A stretch of 64,000 bases of DNA from a virus: IMG/VR virus record IMGVR_UViG_3300032313_001281, positions 12,793 through 76,792 of that record. One strand, 5' to 3'. Numbering within the stretch: the stretch's first letter is position 1; the number at the start of each line of letters is the position of its first letter. The notes below the pieces were generated by a model. That model did not search any database. It was not told the DNA's origin and saw only the letters and a program-made list of their open reading frames with translations. Of this stretch, positions 9,741 through 18,076 are shown one piece after another. Made by a program: the position numbers and the translations under genes.

Positions 9741-9896
9741 TTATTTCATGTGTTGTTGTTGGGCAAACTGCTTTAGTATCAGATGTGTTTGTTTTTTAGC
9801 CGCTGCAATACTTCTACTGGCGGCCGAACGCTTTTCGGTCTTTGACCACTGTCCAGCGATAGTTCGACTCAATTCACCTGCTGATTGCTTTTTCAT
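9741..9896 (-). CDS. small basic hypothetical protein (51 aa, not in ORF track)
   Basis: MKKQSAGELSRT...QQQHMK, AAGGA SD. Confidence 0.55.
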   Translation of the reverse strand: MKKQSAGELSRTIAGQWSKTEKRSAASRSIAAAKKQTHLILKQFAQQQHMK

Positions 9897-9906
9897 ATGG
9901 GTTCCT

Positions 9907-10128
9907 TTATTTTACCTTGGCCATGTAATCGATCATGTTTAACTGACCGGCTTGCGCCTCCAGCAATGCATCAATGGGTGTGACATACTGATTGGTTTCG
10001 CGAGCACGGCGTTTCATTTCTCTCAGGCGTTGTGCGGCGGCGATCACAAGATCATAACGACCACCGGCATGTTTAACACAGCGTTCGGTATCAATTTGAC
10101 CATTACGACTTTCGATTCTTACACTCAT
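9907..10128 (-). CDS. rpoZ: RNA polymerase omega subunit-like protein
   Basis: RCVKHAGGRYDLVIAAAQRLREM...ALLE matches the omega N-terminal consensus. Confidence 0.8.
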   Translation of the reverse strand: MSVRIESRNGQIDTERCVKHAGGRYDLVIAAAQRLREMKRRARETNQYVTPIDALLEAQAGQLNMIDYMAKVK

Positions 10129-10149
10129 GATTTCTCCTTGTAAAATACA

Positions 10150-10178
10150 ATTATACTACAAAATTTTTTGTGTGTCAA
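10150..10178 (-). promoter_or_regulatory. consensus sigma70 promoter for rpoZ
   Basis: TTGACA-17-TATAAT. Confidence 0.85.
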
Positions 10179-10255
10179 TGGTACCCCGGGAAGGATTTGA
10201 ACCTTCAACAGCTCCCTTCTGAGGAGAGTGCGTCTACCAATTGCGCCACCGGGGT
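10179..10255 (-). tRNA. tRNA-Leu(CAG), short variable loop
   Basis: Anticodon loop CUCAGAA, A discriminator, CCA, 5-nt variable region. Confidence 0.85.
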
Positions 10256-10301
10256 TTTTACTACATGACCTGTGTGGTATTTATTTCACCCCAGTGATTG
10301 G

Positions 10302-11345
10302 CTAACTGGGATTTTTACGTTTGAACTGGATCTTTTTATTGGTGGCTTTGAATCTTGTCACGGTCATGTTTTCCGGGCAAAGACTGCATTGTGGCACAGG
10401 TACGGCACTGCGCAGATCATCCACAAATGATTCCAACTGATCGGTTGGCCAATCAACTTCGGCCGGCACATATGATTCTATTAGATGTCGTTGAGCAACT
10501 GACATGGTTACCGGAAACTGCTTGATGAAATCCGGTAGTATGCCCACGGGCCCGCATTTATAAAGTTTGCCCTTGATTATGTGATGGCATTTTTTAAAAT
10601 AGCATACCTCCATGGCTCGCACGGGATCACTGTTGTGCAGAAACAGTCCGTGATTCACGGGATCATATGTCACAGTGGAAGTATTGAAACTGTCTGCCAT
10701 GGCCAATTCAACCCTGATGCCATTGCGATCAACTATGCGATGGGTGAAGACTTCGCGAGACCAGATTTTGGGACTGAAATGATGTATGTCGTGGCATTCC
10801 TTCTGTATGTGTATGGGCAAATCAAAAAAGTCATCCAGTGTGGCACAATCCGGCCAGCTGTCGTCGCGGATCCTGTGATAGCAAGAATTCCAAAGATTGA
10901 GCATACGTTGATCAACTAAGACATGTGCTGGATCGACCACGTCATCTAAAAAATCCATGATGTTGCGAGATATTTCAGATTTTGAATCTAGATTATGGCA
11001 ATTGACTTCTAACATTATGCGACCGTTGTGTTCCAGCAACACATCGTACAACTGAGGCCAGCGAGCAAACTGTGTGCCATTGGTTATTATCTTGATCTTG
11101 CTGTGTGGCCATAGACTGGCGATGCCCTTGACCCATAACAGGAAATCTGGGTTGGTCATGGGTTCGCCGCCCAGTATTCCAACAGTGTCAAGATCTAGCA
11201 ACTGGGCCCATTTCTGATTTTGGCTGACATGATCCTGCCAGCGAGTGTGCCCGGAAAAACTGTAATTGTTGCAGCGATTACAATTTGGACAGTTGAGATT
11301 GCACACATTGGTTATATAAAATTCAGTATAGTCTAGCTTGAGCAT
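10302..11345 (-). CDS. radical SAM protein with DxSWPD insertion
   Basis: CNLNCPNC, LGGEP, ITNG; likely start MLKLD at 11345. Confidence 0.85.
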   Translation of the reverse strand: MLKLDYTEFYITNVCNLNCPNCNRCNNYSFSGHTRWQDHVSQNQKWAQLLDLDTVGILGGEPMTNPDFLLWVKGIASLWPHSKIKIITNGTQFARWPQLYDVLLEHNGRIMLEVNCHNLDSKSEISRNIMDFLDDVVDPAHVLVDQRMLNLWNSCYHRIRDDSWPDCATLDDFFDLPIHIQKECHDIHHFSPKIWSREVFTHRIVDRNGIRVELAMADSFNTSTVTYDPVNHGLFLHNSDPVRAMEVCYFKKCHHIIKGKLYKCGPVGILPDFIKQFPVTMSVAQRHLIESYVPAEVDWPTDQLESFVDDLRSAVPVPQCSLCPENMTVTRFKATNKKIQFKRKNPS

Positions 11346-11364
11346 TGCTGTATATATACACAAA

Positions 11365-11441
11365 TGGTCTCGGTGGCAACAATCGAACCTTCAACAGCTC
11401 CCTTCTGAGGAGAATACGTCTACCTGTTGCGCCACCGGGGT
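11365..11441 (-). pseudogene. chimeric/pseudo tRNA-Leu(CAG)
   Basis: 11385-11441 matches 10199-10255 at 53/57 nt, but the 3' T-stem/acceptor half (GUUGCCACCGAGACCA) is different and pairs poorly. Confidence 0.75.
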
Positions 11442-11500
11442 ATAGTGCAGGGATTCCACCTGCGCCCACTTCACTTTAGAGTCTGCGTGTCCAAGACTTG

Positions 11501-12115
11501 TTACATGGTTACTTGTGTAGTGCCATTTCCGTTTTTAAATCCTACAGTACCACCTTCGGCTTCAATCCTCTTGATAACGTCTTCAAACAGGATAGGCGCA
11601 AAGTCAGGAGTTTGTTCCACGCACACACAGTGATATCTTGTATCGATCTCGTTGCTGTATAGCGTTTCTCCGGTTCTAGCATCTACACCACGGGCACGCA
11701 TCACACGATTTGCATGCGTGTGTCCGTGTATGTTGACACCAAACCGCCCCAGACTGGCTTCGTGTACAGGAATATGGCTGAGAATCATGCCGTTCATCAC
11801 ATGGTAAGCACGCAGTTCACGGAAGTGTTCACGATAGTCAGTGTCCCGGAAGATGTCGTGGTTACCGCGGATCAGGACCTTGTCACCGTTGAGACGGGCT
11901 AGGGTGGCCAAGGCTCTACGATTGATCACCACATCACCCAAGTGATACACCTTGTCGTTGGGACGCACACGATCATTCCAAGCCGCAATCATGGCTTCGT
12001 CCATTTCCTCTGCCGAATCCCAGGGACGAAGCGGTGTGCAACCATCGCTACGTGTGAAGCGACATACGCCGGCATGGCCAAAGTGTGTGTCGCTGACTAA
12101 AAATACTGCTGGCAT
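11501..12115 (-). CDS. calcineurin-like metallophosphoesterase
   Basis: SDTHFGH, HLGD, GNHD, HGHTH motifs; start MPAVF. Confidence 0.9.
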   Translation of the reverse strand: MPAVFLVSDTHFGHAGVCRFTRSDGCTPLRPWDSAEEMDEAMIAAWNDRVRPNDKVYHLGDVVINRRALATLARLNGDKVLIRGNHDIFRDTDYREHFRELRAYHVMNGMILSHIPVHEASLGRFGVNIHGHTHANRVMRARGVDARTGETLYSNEIDTRYHCVCVEQTPDFAPILFEDVIKRIEAEGGTVGFKNGNGTTQVTM

Positions 12116-12140
12116 ACATGCCTCCTTTCTATGCAAAACA

Positions 12141-12214
12141 TGGCGCCGGCCTAGGGAATTGAACCCCAATTAACGGTTTTGGAGACCGCTGTAATGCCAT
12201 TATACCAGACCGAC
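12141..12214 (-). tRNA. tRNA-Trp(CCA)
   Basis: Loop CUCCAAA, CCA end. Confidence 0.9.
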
Positions 12215-12215
12215 C

Positions 12216-12293
12216 TGGAAGTGAGGGTCGGATTTGAACCGACGGCTTTAGGGATTTGCAGTCCCTTGCATTGGGCCTCTCTGCCACCTCACT
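12216..12293 (-). tRNA. tRNA-Cys(GCA)
   Basis: Loop CUGCAAA, U73 discriminator, CCA. Confidence 0.92.
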
Positions 12294-12299
12294 GTTGTT

Positions 12300-12373
12300 T
12301 GGTTGCGGGTGATGGAATCGAACCACCAACTGGAGCTTATGAGACTCCCGAGATACCGTTTCTCTAACCCGCG
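12300..12373 (-). tRNA. tRNA-Met(CAU), initiator-like acceptor stem
   Basis: CGCGGG...CCCGCAACCA with C1:A72 mismatch; loop CUCAUAA. Confidence 0.88.
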
Positions 12374-12379
12374 TCTGTT

Positions 12380-12553
12380 TCACTGTTCTTGTTGCATTCT
12401 ACGAAATTGCTCTTGCGCCCGAATCATTGCGGCCGCACGATCAATCTTGTTTTGAAACAGCCGTTGCTTTTGATCTTCGTTCAAAAAAACCGAAGTATGG
12501 TCATACGCTTGTTTCACAATCTGATCGTTTAATTTTGTATAATCAATCGACAT
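12380..12553 (-). CDS. small hypothetical protein (57 aa, not in ORF track)
   Basis: MSIDYTKLNDQ...RMQQEQ with AAGGA SD. Confidence 0.6.
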   Translation of the reverse strand: MSIDYTKLNDQIVKQAYDHTSVFLNEDQKQRLFQNKIDRAAAMIRAQEQFRRMQQEQ

Positions 12554-12571
12554 CTTTTTTTTCCTTAAAAT

Positions 12572-12605
12572 AAAAAACCCCGGAGTTGTTAGTTCCAGGG
12601 TCTTT
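12572..12605 (-). terminator. putative intrinsic terminator/attenuator upstream of the tRNA cluster
   Basis: GACCCUGGAAC...CUCCGGGGUUUUUU hairpin plus U-tract on minus strand. Confidence 0.6.
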
Positions 12606-12735
12606 GAATATGATATAATATGCTATACTATTCGTTGCCCTGAATTTTTTCTTCACAAATGGACCATAGACCCACACTCCCATTTAAATTGGGTTGTGGT
12701 ACAAGATGGGCGACTTTGCGATTCAACATAGTAGT

Positions 12736-12764
12736 ATTATATATGATTATTTATACCTTGTCAA
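12736..12764 (-). promoter_or_regulatory. sigma70 consensus promoter with nested T4-late-like TATAAATA
   Basis: TTGACA aggTATAAATAatcata TATAAT. Confidence 0.85.
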
Positions 12765-12788
12765 CCTGGGCTATCCATAAATATTCCT

Positions 12789-13817
12789 ATGCTTGATCTA
12801 GCCGATGTACGTCAAGTTCAAATTGAACTAACCACCCGTTGCAATGCCCGTTGTCCAATGTGTATGAGAAACTATCGTGGATACGATTACAACAGCGGGT
12901 ATCCTGAGACTGAACTTTCTTTGGAAGATATCAAAAAAATATTACCTGTTGAATTTTTAAAACAGTTGACCAAATGCATCAGCTTCAATGGTAATTTGGG
13001 AGATTTTGGTCTGGCACGCGATGCTCAAGAAATTGTGCATTATTTAACAGACTTGGATGTTCCGGTCCGTATCAACACCAATGGCAGCATGCGCACACCC
13101 GATTGGTGGGCCAATTTGGCCAGACCCGAAGTCACAATTGGTTTTGCACTGGATGGCATTGATCAACCTACGCATGCTCTGTATCGTCAAGACACAAATT
13201 GGGATACAGTTATAAAAAATGCCAAAGCATTTATATCTGCTGGGGGTAAAGCCATTTGGAGATTCATTCCCTTTGATCACAATCGTCATCAAGAATCTGC
13301 TTGCCGGCAAATGGCCCAGGACCTGGGATTTGCCATATTTGAAAACATTGATGAAGGCCGCAATCGTGGTGCTGTGTATACAAGATCGGGAGAATTCAGT
13401 CACTGGCTAGGGGAACCGTGGACTGAACAAGAAAGAATCAATCCTACTCCAGTGAAGCAGTTGCTTGACCATCATGTTACTTGGTTTGATACTAAAACCG
13501 TGCTGTCAGAAAAAGACACTCAACCACTGAATTTAATCTGTCAACACAAACGTCTTGAAGAGATATACATAGCTGCCGACGGCACAGTGTGGCCTTGTTG
13601 TTTTTTAGGGTTTTATCCGGCTACCATGCACCATCCTGGCAACAGTCAGTTGGCACCTCTGGTGGCAGAAAACAATGCCTTGGAATATGATCTAGCTCAC
13701 TGTATGGCCTGGTTTAGCAGAGTAGAAGAAACCTGGAGCAAAAACAGCATAGCTGAAGGGCGTCTGTATGGGTGTGTGAACAGTTGCGCAAACAATAAAT
13801 CAAATTACCCTGGGTGA
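12789..13817 (+). CDS. radical SAM/SPASM-type protein (only plus-strand gene)
   Basis: CNARCPMC, NTNG, FALDG, C-terminal IAADGTVWPCC. Confidence 0.88.
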   Translation: MLDLADVRQVQIELTTRCNARCPMCMRNYRGYDYNSGYPETELSLEDIKKILPVEFLKQLTKCISFNGNLGDFGLARDAQEIVHYLTDLDVPVRINTNGSMRTPDWWANLARPEVTIGFALDGIDQPTHALYRQDTNWDTVIKNAKAFISAGGKAIWRFIPFDHNRHQESACRQMAQDLGFAIFENIDEGRNRGAVYTRSGEFSHWLGEPWTEQERINPTPVKQLLDHHVTWFDTKTVLSEKDTQPLNLICQHKRLEEIYIAADGTVWPCCFLGFYPATMHHPGNSQLAPLVAENNALEYDLAHCMAWFSRVEETWSKNSIAEGRLYGCVNSCANNKSNYPG

Positions 13818-13834
13818 TTGATACCACAATAACA

Positions 13835-14650
13835 TTATTGTATGCTGTGGTCCTGAGTTATGCGTCTATGCCAATTTTCAGCTATGAGCTCTTGACTGTA
13901 GGGACTGCCATGATAGCCTGGATCTTGGCCTTCAAAGCTGTTGTTGCCAGTGAGTGGTAACACACTTTCGCGTTCATTGAGCATGATATATTGATCGGGC
14001 AACATGCTAGGAAAGGCTTGACGCCATTGCTTGGTATTGTCGGGATCCCATGGCCATAGCAGACTGGGTTGTACAAAAAATGCCAGGCCATCAAAATACA
14101 TCTGCAAGATGCCTTCCACAATGATCCATTCGTCTTGTTGTTTTTTCCAGTTGCTGTCATACAGCTGGTCAATGTAGTATTTCATTGCTGTTTGAGTTTC
14201 TTTGGGAATTAGATCCAAGCGATATGGATGCGTTCCGTTGTCGGCCAAAGTAAAAATAGTCTCGCATATCATGTTTGCCGGTTCGTTGCCATAGTTCACA
14301 TTGCGAATGCCGGCCAGGCGATCATACCCGTTGCCTAGCGCACGATTTTGCAAGTGGTTCTGTAGATGATTTTGATCGCGCTGTGTTTGTTTGGGCCATT
14401 CAAAGTTGGCACCACGGGCAGGAATTTCCATCCGGTCCCAGAATGTGGGAGTCACAATGGCAAAGTCCGGACGCTGTCTGCGGATTTCTTCCATTTGGAT
14501 CCTGATGCCACCATTGGAGCATCCTTGCCGGGCTAGATTGGTCAGACGCCAGCCCAGGCGGTGGGCCAGACGTTCGCTCCAGCTGGTGCCAGGTAATTTT
14601 TGACTGGGTGCGCTGTAACTGCAACCTGCTACCATTAGGTGTTTTTGCAT
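13835..14650 (-). CDS. SGNH/GDSL-like hydrolase or acyltransferase
   Basis: VAGCSYS...NLARQGCSN...DPGYHG. Confidence 0.65.
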   Translation of the reverse strand: MQKHLMVAGCSYSAPSQKLPGTSWSERLAHRLGWRLTNLARQGCSNGGIRIQMEEIRRQRPDFAIVTPTFWDRMEIPARGANFEWPKQTQRDQNHLQNHLQNRALGNGYDRLAGIRNVNYGNEPANMICETIFTLADNGTHPYRLDLIPKETQTAMKYYIDQLYDSNWKKQQDEWIIVEGILQMYFDGLAFFVQPSLLWPWDPDNTKQWRQAFPSMLPDQYIMLNERESVLPLTGNNSFEGQDPGYHGSPYSQELIAENWHRRITQDHSIQ

Positions 14651-15153
14651 GTGATATACTCGTTGGTATGTGTGTTTGAATGAAATCCAGCAATTACATC
14701 TCTATGCAAGGGCAGTTCTTCTAAGCTGTAACAACCAGGTTCTATAGAGTATTTAACAGTGCCAGATCCGGGTCCTGCAAAAGTCACACGGTGTGGATGC
14801 CCTGCTGTGGCCTGATTCACAAACACATGATGCAGATGTCCATAGTCGCCTTGCTCATTGTGTGTGAGTATCAAATCGTAATTTGAAATGATATCGCCAA
14901 TTTCTTTGCGAGCCTGTGCTTCATCAAAGCTGATGCGTTTATTTTCGATGTCGTGCCAGTCATCTCGATAGCCCAAAAATACTGTTGGTATGTTTCTGCG
15001 ATTCCAAAACTGTCGGAATTCTTGTGCCCGTGGTTGCCAATCACAGTAGGTAAGATAACATATGGTCCATTCATGTTCGGGATGATTGTGTATGTAACTG
15101 TAGGCAAATATCACACAGTCATCCGGGTGCGCCACCATGGCCATGGCTTTCAT
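14635..15153 (-). CDS. PIG-L/LmbE family N-deacetylase
   Basis: AHPDD and THN..GDYGHLHH motifs. Confidence 0.85.
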   Translation of the reverse strand: MKAMAMVAHPDDCVIFAYSYIHNHPEHEWTICYLTYCDWQPRAQEFRQFWNRRNIPTVFLGYRDDWHDIENKRISFDEAQARKEIGDIISNYDLILTHNEQGDYGHLHHVFVNQATAGHPHRVTFAGPGSGTVKYSIEPGCYSLEELPLHRDVIAGFHSNTHTNEYITCKNT

Positions 15154-15782
15154 GCCAGATAAGTTCCGTTGGTTGTTGATCTAAAAAGATTGTGTAAATC
15201 CTGCCAGTTAGTGATCCAATCTTTGAAGTTGTGGGGACTGGGTCTATTGATTTTGCCCACCTTGTTTCCGTCATAGTAGATGCCCAGGGTGTTGGCTATA
15301 TGCACCACGCCGTGATGCATTATATCTTCATAGTATATGGTGACAACTTTTTTGAAATTATCAAAGTTGCCATTGGGCCATGAACTATAAGACCGCAACA
15401 CTGACAGAAATTTTTGTTCCGACACAACAGTGGGCAATGCTGGTTTATCTGTGTAGTCCTTGCCATTCCATTCTTGTGTGATTTCCGCCACCAATAAACT
15501 AATGGTCTGCGCAAATTTGTCTTTTCGATCACTCAAAATCAAAATTGCATGTTCTGGGTCAATTCCCAAGTTTGCGACAGTGAGATTCAAATTGTGTGTG
15601 TGTATGACAATATTTTGATCTGTATCATAACTTTCGTAAGGCTGGGGATTTTTAGGATGCCAATAACATTGGGCATTGCCCAGCCCTCCTGCTGTGTTGC
15701 CCACGCCAGACATTGCTTCAAGAATGATATGGCTGCCGGTTCTACCGGGAGTATTAATAATGTAAGTTTCTCTGGTATTCAT
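15150..15782 (-). CDS. sulfotransferase-like protein (Stf0-like)
   Basis: TPGRTGS PAPS-binding-like loop, R..K.AQ.IS, IYYED. Confidence 0.6.
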   Translation of the reverse strand: MNTRETYIINTPGRTGSHIILEAMSGVGNTAGGLGNAQCYWHPKNPQPYESYDTDQNIVIHTHNLNLTVANLGIDPEHAILILSDRKDKFAQTISLLVAEITQEWNGKDYTDKPALPTVVSEQKFLSVLRSYSSWPNGNFDNFKKVVTIYYEDIMHHGVVHIANTLGIYYDGNKVGKINRPSPHNFKDWITNWQDLHNLFRSTTNGTYLA

Positions 15783-16618
15783 ACCAGGTCTTGAGCTGTG
15801 GCAAGCCCATGAGTCAACAACAGATTCTTGTAATGGTTGCGTTGGTCTTGACTCATCTGTGCCCAGGCATATCTATGCACACTCACAGTCAGATTATCTG
15901 GGTCGTGCATCAACTTCAATTTTTCATCAATTTGGTGCGTTTGATTGCGACACAAGTTACATACGGTATAAGGATTAGTCAAACTATAGAACTTGTCCAT
16001 CGACCCGTGCAACAGCAGATTGAATCCAACATACAACAAATATTCAGTTACCATGCCTTGTTTTTGAAACCAATCGCTGAATTTTTCACCGGTTCGAGAA
16101 TGAATTTCATCTAACATTTTTCTTATAGTTTGACCATGGAAGAAAAATGGAACACCCGATGAGCCACCATTTTTGGTGAGTTTCACATCAAACAAGTGTC
16201 CCACAATTTTGGCGCTGGTGTCAAATACTTCTGGTATTGGCATGGTGCCACCGATAGGTTTGCCCTCAGGTAATACCAAATCCAATGTAACGGGTTTTAC
16301 TATTATGGTTTTGGCATCTAGGATCATGATGAATTCATTTTCACTGTGGGCAGCTCCAAGAACCTTTAAGGCTTGTTGGCTTACCCAACCATCATCCACA
16401 TACCAATCTGCTAGGGCACTTCTATGCAACACACGCACACAATTTTGTAAAGGTCCCCACCATGTTTTGTCAATCAAATCAACAACTTGGGGATCATCGT
16501 TGACCACAACAAATATATTCTTTATACCTATGTGCTGGCAATTTTTAGAAATGCTTTCAGCCTGAACCTTTAAAATAGGCAGTTCGGGTTTAAAAACCAC
16601 AGTCAATGTGTCAATCAT
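15779..16618 (-). CDS. glycosyltransferase-like hypothetical protein
   Basis: GWVSQQALK...ILDAK (DxD-like), TEY; start MIDTL. Confidence 0.55.
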   Translation of the reverse strand: MIDTLTVVFKPELPILKVQAESISKNCQHIGIKNIFVVVNDDPQVVDLIDKTWWGPLQNCVRVLHRSALADWYVDDGWVSQQALKVLGAAHSENEFIMILDAKTIIVKPVTLDLVLPEGKPIGGTMPIPEVFDTSAKIVGHLFDVKLTKNGGSSGVPFFFHGQTIRKMLDEIHSRTGEKFSDWFQKQGMVTEYLLYVGFNLLLHGSMDKFYSLTNPYTVCNLCRNQTHQIDEKLKLMHDPDNLTVSVHRYAWAQMSQDQRNHYKNLLLTHGLATAQDLV

Positions 16619-16632
16619 CTTTTTACTTATAC

Positions 16633-16660
16633 AAAAAAAGCCCCCTAAGGAGCTTTTTTG
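16633..16660. terminator. intrinsic terminator after the porin gene
   Basis: aaaaaaagc-cccctaagga-gctttttt hairpin flanked by A/T tracts. Confidence 0.7.
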
Positions 16661-16675
16661 TATCACTTTTAAAAA

Positions 16676-17416
16676 TCAATTAAAAGTTTTTGTCAACCCA
16701 ACTACCACTGCGTTCTTGTAGAGCTTTTGGCCCGATACAGTGTTGGCAGTTTCAAAGGCGCCGGTTGTGCCAGTATTGGTGAAATACTTGACACTGACGT
16801 CATACTCTCGTGGTAAGCTGTAAACAAACCCAGCATTGATGTCATTGTAATCATATGCTGAACTGTTGGCCACATTGGTACGACCATAGTGAGCAACCAC
16901 AGCAAGATTCTTGATCACAGGAACTGGTAACTTGCCATCAACTTGTGTATAGTTGGTGCCACGAGCATTGGCTGTACCGAAGTAACCGTTGCCCAAGGTT
17001 TGGCTATACTTGGCAGAAATAATATCTTTGTAACCCAATCCAACATAGCCTTCATAGGTGTCAAAGCCGGAGCCAGTTGAGGCTGATGTGGCGGCACGTG
17101 GATAGAAATAGTTGTAGCTACCAACGTCAACGCTGATACCTTTAAAAATTTCTTTCTTGTAACCGGCATAGAGGTCGCTTTCTAAGCCTGCACCTGAAGT
17201 GTAGACTTGGCTAGAAACCGAGCTGTTCCAGTTACCAACGTAGAAGCCACTCTTGGTTGCATAGTCAATGCCGCCCTGAACTGCAGGAGCATTTTGGGTT
17301 TGGCTAACACCGCGGAAACGGTAGTCGCTGGTCAAACCTAAATTGCCAGTGAGTTGAGCTTGAGCCGAGGCAACAAAGCCAGCGGACAAGGCTAATGCGA
17401 TTAATAATTTTTTCAT
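16676..17416 (-). CDS. TorF-family putative outer-membrane porin
   Basis: Signal peptide, SDYRFRGVSQT...PAVQGG.DY...GFY.GNW.S, C-terminal F. Confidence 0.88.
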   Translation of the reverse strand: MKKLLIALALSAGFVASAQAQLTGNLGLTSDYRFRGVSQTQNAPAVQGGIDYATKSGFYVGNWNSSVSSQVYTSGAGLESDLYAGYKKEIFKGISVDVGSYNYFYPRAATSASTGSGFDTYEGYVGLGYKDIISAKYSQTLGNGYFGTANARGTNYTQVDGKLPVPVIKNLAVVAHYGRTNVANSSAYDYNDINAGFVYSLPREYDVSVKYFTNTGTTGAFETANTVSGQKLYKNAVVVGLTKTFN

Positions 17417-17492
17417 GCTTGAGATTTTCCTTTTAGAAGAATGCTGGACGATCGCCCAACAAATTATTTAGTGGTTATCACTGACGGACCAA

Positions 17493-17520
17493 CAAAAAAG
17501 CCTGATTTCTCAGGCTTTTT
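17493..17520. terminator. intrinsic terminator after the tmRNA
   Basis: aaaaaagcctga-tttc-tcaggcttttt. Confidence 0.8.
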
Positions 17521-17852
17521 AGACTAGTTTGGGTGACAAGGCATAGTTGCCCCGGAGATCATGCCGCTAAGGCAAAGACCTCGTTATTAGATGCGTTTGC
17601 ATTTAATAGAGTTGCTTGATTTACAGTCATCGCCTACTGTGTAGATCCTGTTCATACTTGTTGCCACGTCGAAACTGTGTATGGCCCATCAAAAGCATAT
17701 TGTAACGCGAACAAGAGTGAGTCGTTCCAAGTCGCCAGATCAACAAACACATTTCTGCGTTGTTCTCGCACCTGCAATATGCTTTTGGTGGACCATTCGG
17801 GCACTGCCCCCGAGTCCGCAACACCTTTCTGTCAAGGCATTAAACTACAATT
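17521..17852 (-). ncRNA. ssrA: two-piece (circularly permuted) tmRNA
   Basis: Acceptor piece ending ...GACUCGGGGGCAGUGCCCGAAUGGUCCACCA (3' end 17786) precedes the coding piece starting GGGCCAU...UUCGAC (17687); G3:U70; tag ANASNNEVFALAA* at 17600-17559. Confidence 0.9.
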
Positions 17853-17859
17853 CTTTAAT

Positions 17860-17888
17860 ATTATACGACACACCTATTTATGTGTCAA
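17860..17888 (-). promoter_or_regulatory. sigma70 consensus promoter of the tmRNA
   Basis: TTGACA-17-TATAAT with nested CATAAATA. Confidence 0.85.
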
Positions 17889-17927
17889 CCAGATCCGACC
17901 CACCACCACGTTTTGAGAACGTGGAAA

Positions 17928-17996
17928 CTATAATACCAACAAGAATACCACAACAACAATGACCACACCAATGGCCCAACTGTAGTCTTGATTCAT
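17928..17996 (-). CDS. 22-aa hydrophobic micropeptide
   Basis: MNQDYSWAIGVVIVVVVFLLVL; ATGA overlap with the upstream ORF, GGAGG upstream. Confidence 0.5.
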   Translation of the reverse strand: MNQDYSWAIGVVIVVVVFLLVL

Positions 17997-18076
17997 TCGT
18001 TATCCCTCCATGCCTTCAACTCAATCATGGCATACAACAACAGGGACACTGCAATTATGGAAAACATGATCAACAT
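17993..18076 (-). CDS. 27-aa hydrophobic micropeptide
   Basis: MLIMFSIIAVSLLLYAMIELKAWRDNE. Confidence 0.45.
   Translation of the reverse strand: MLIMFSIIAVSLLLYAMIELKAWRDNE

Noticed and set aside
10199-11441. tRNA direct repeat as attL/attR of an integrative element
   Set aside because: Only about 1.1 kb with one radical SAM gene inside, and no integrase in the window
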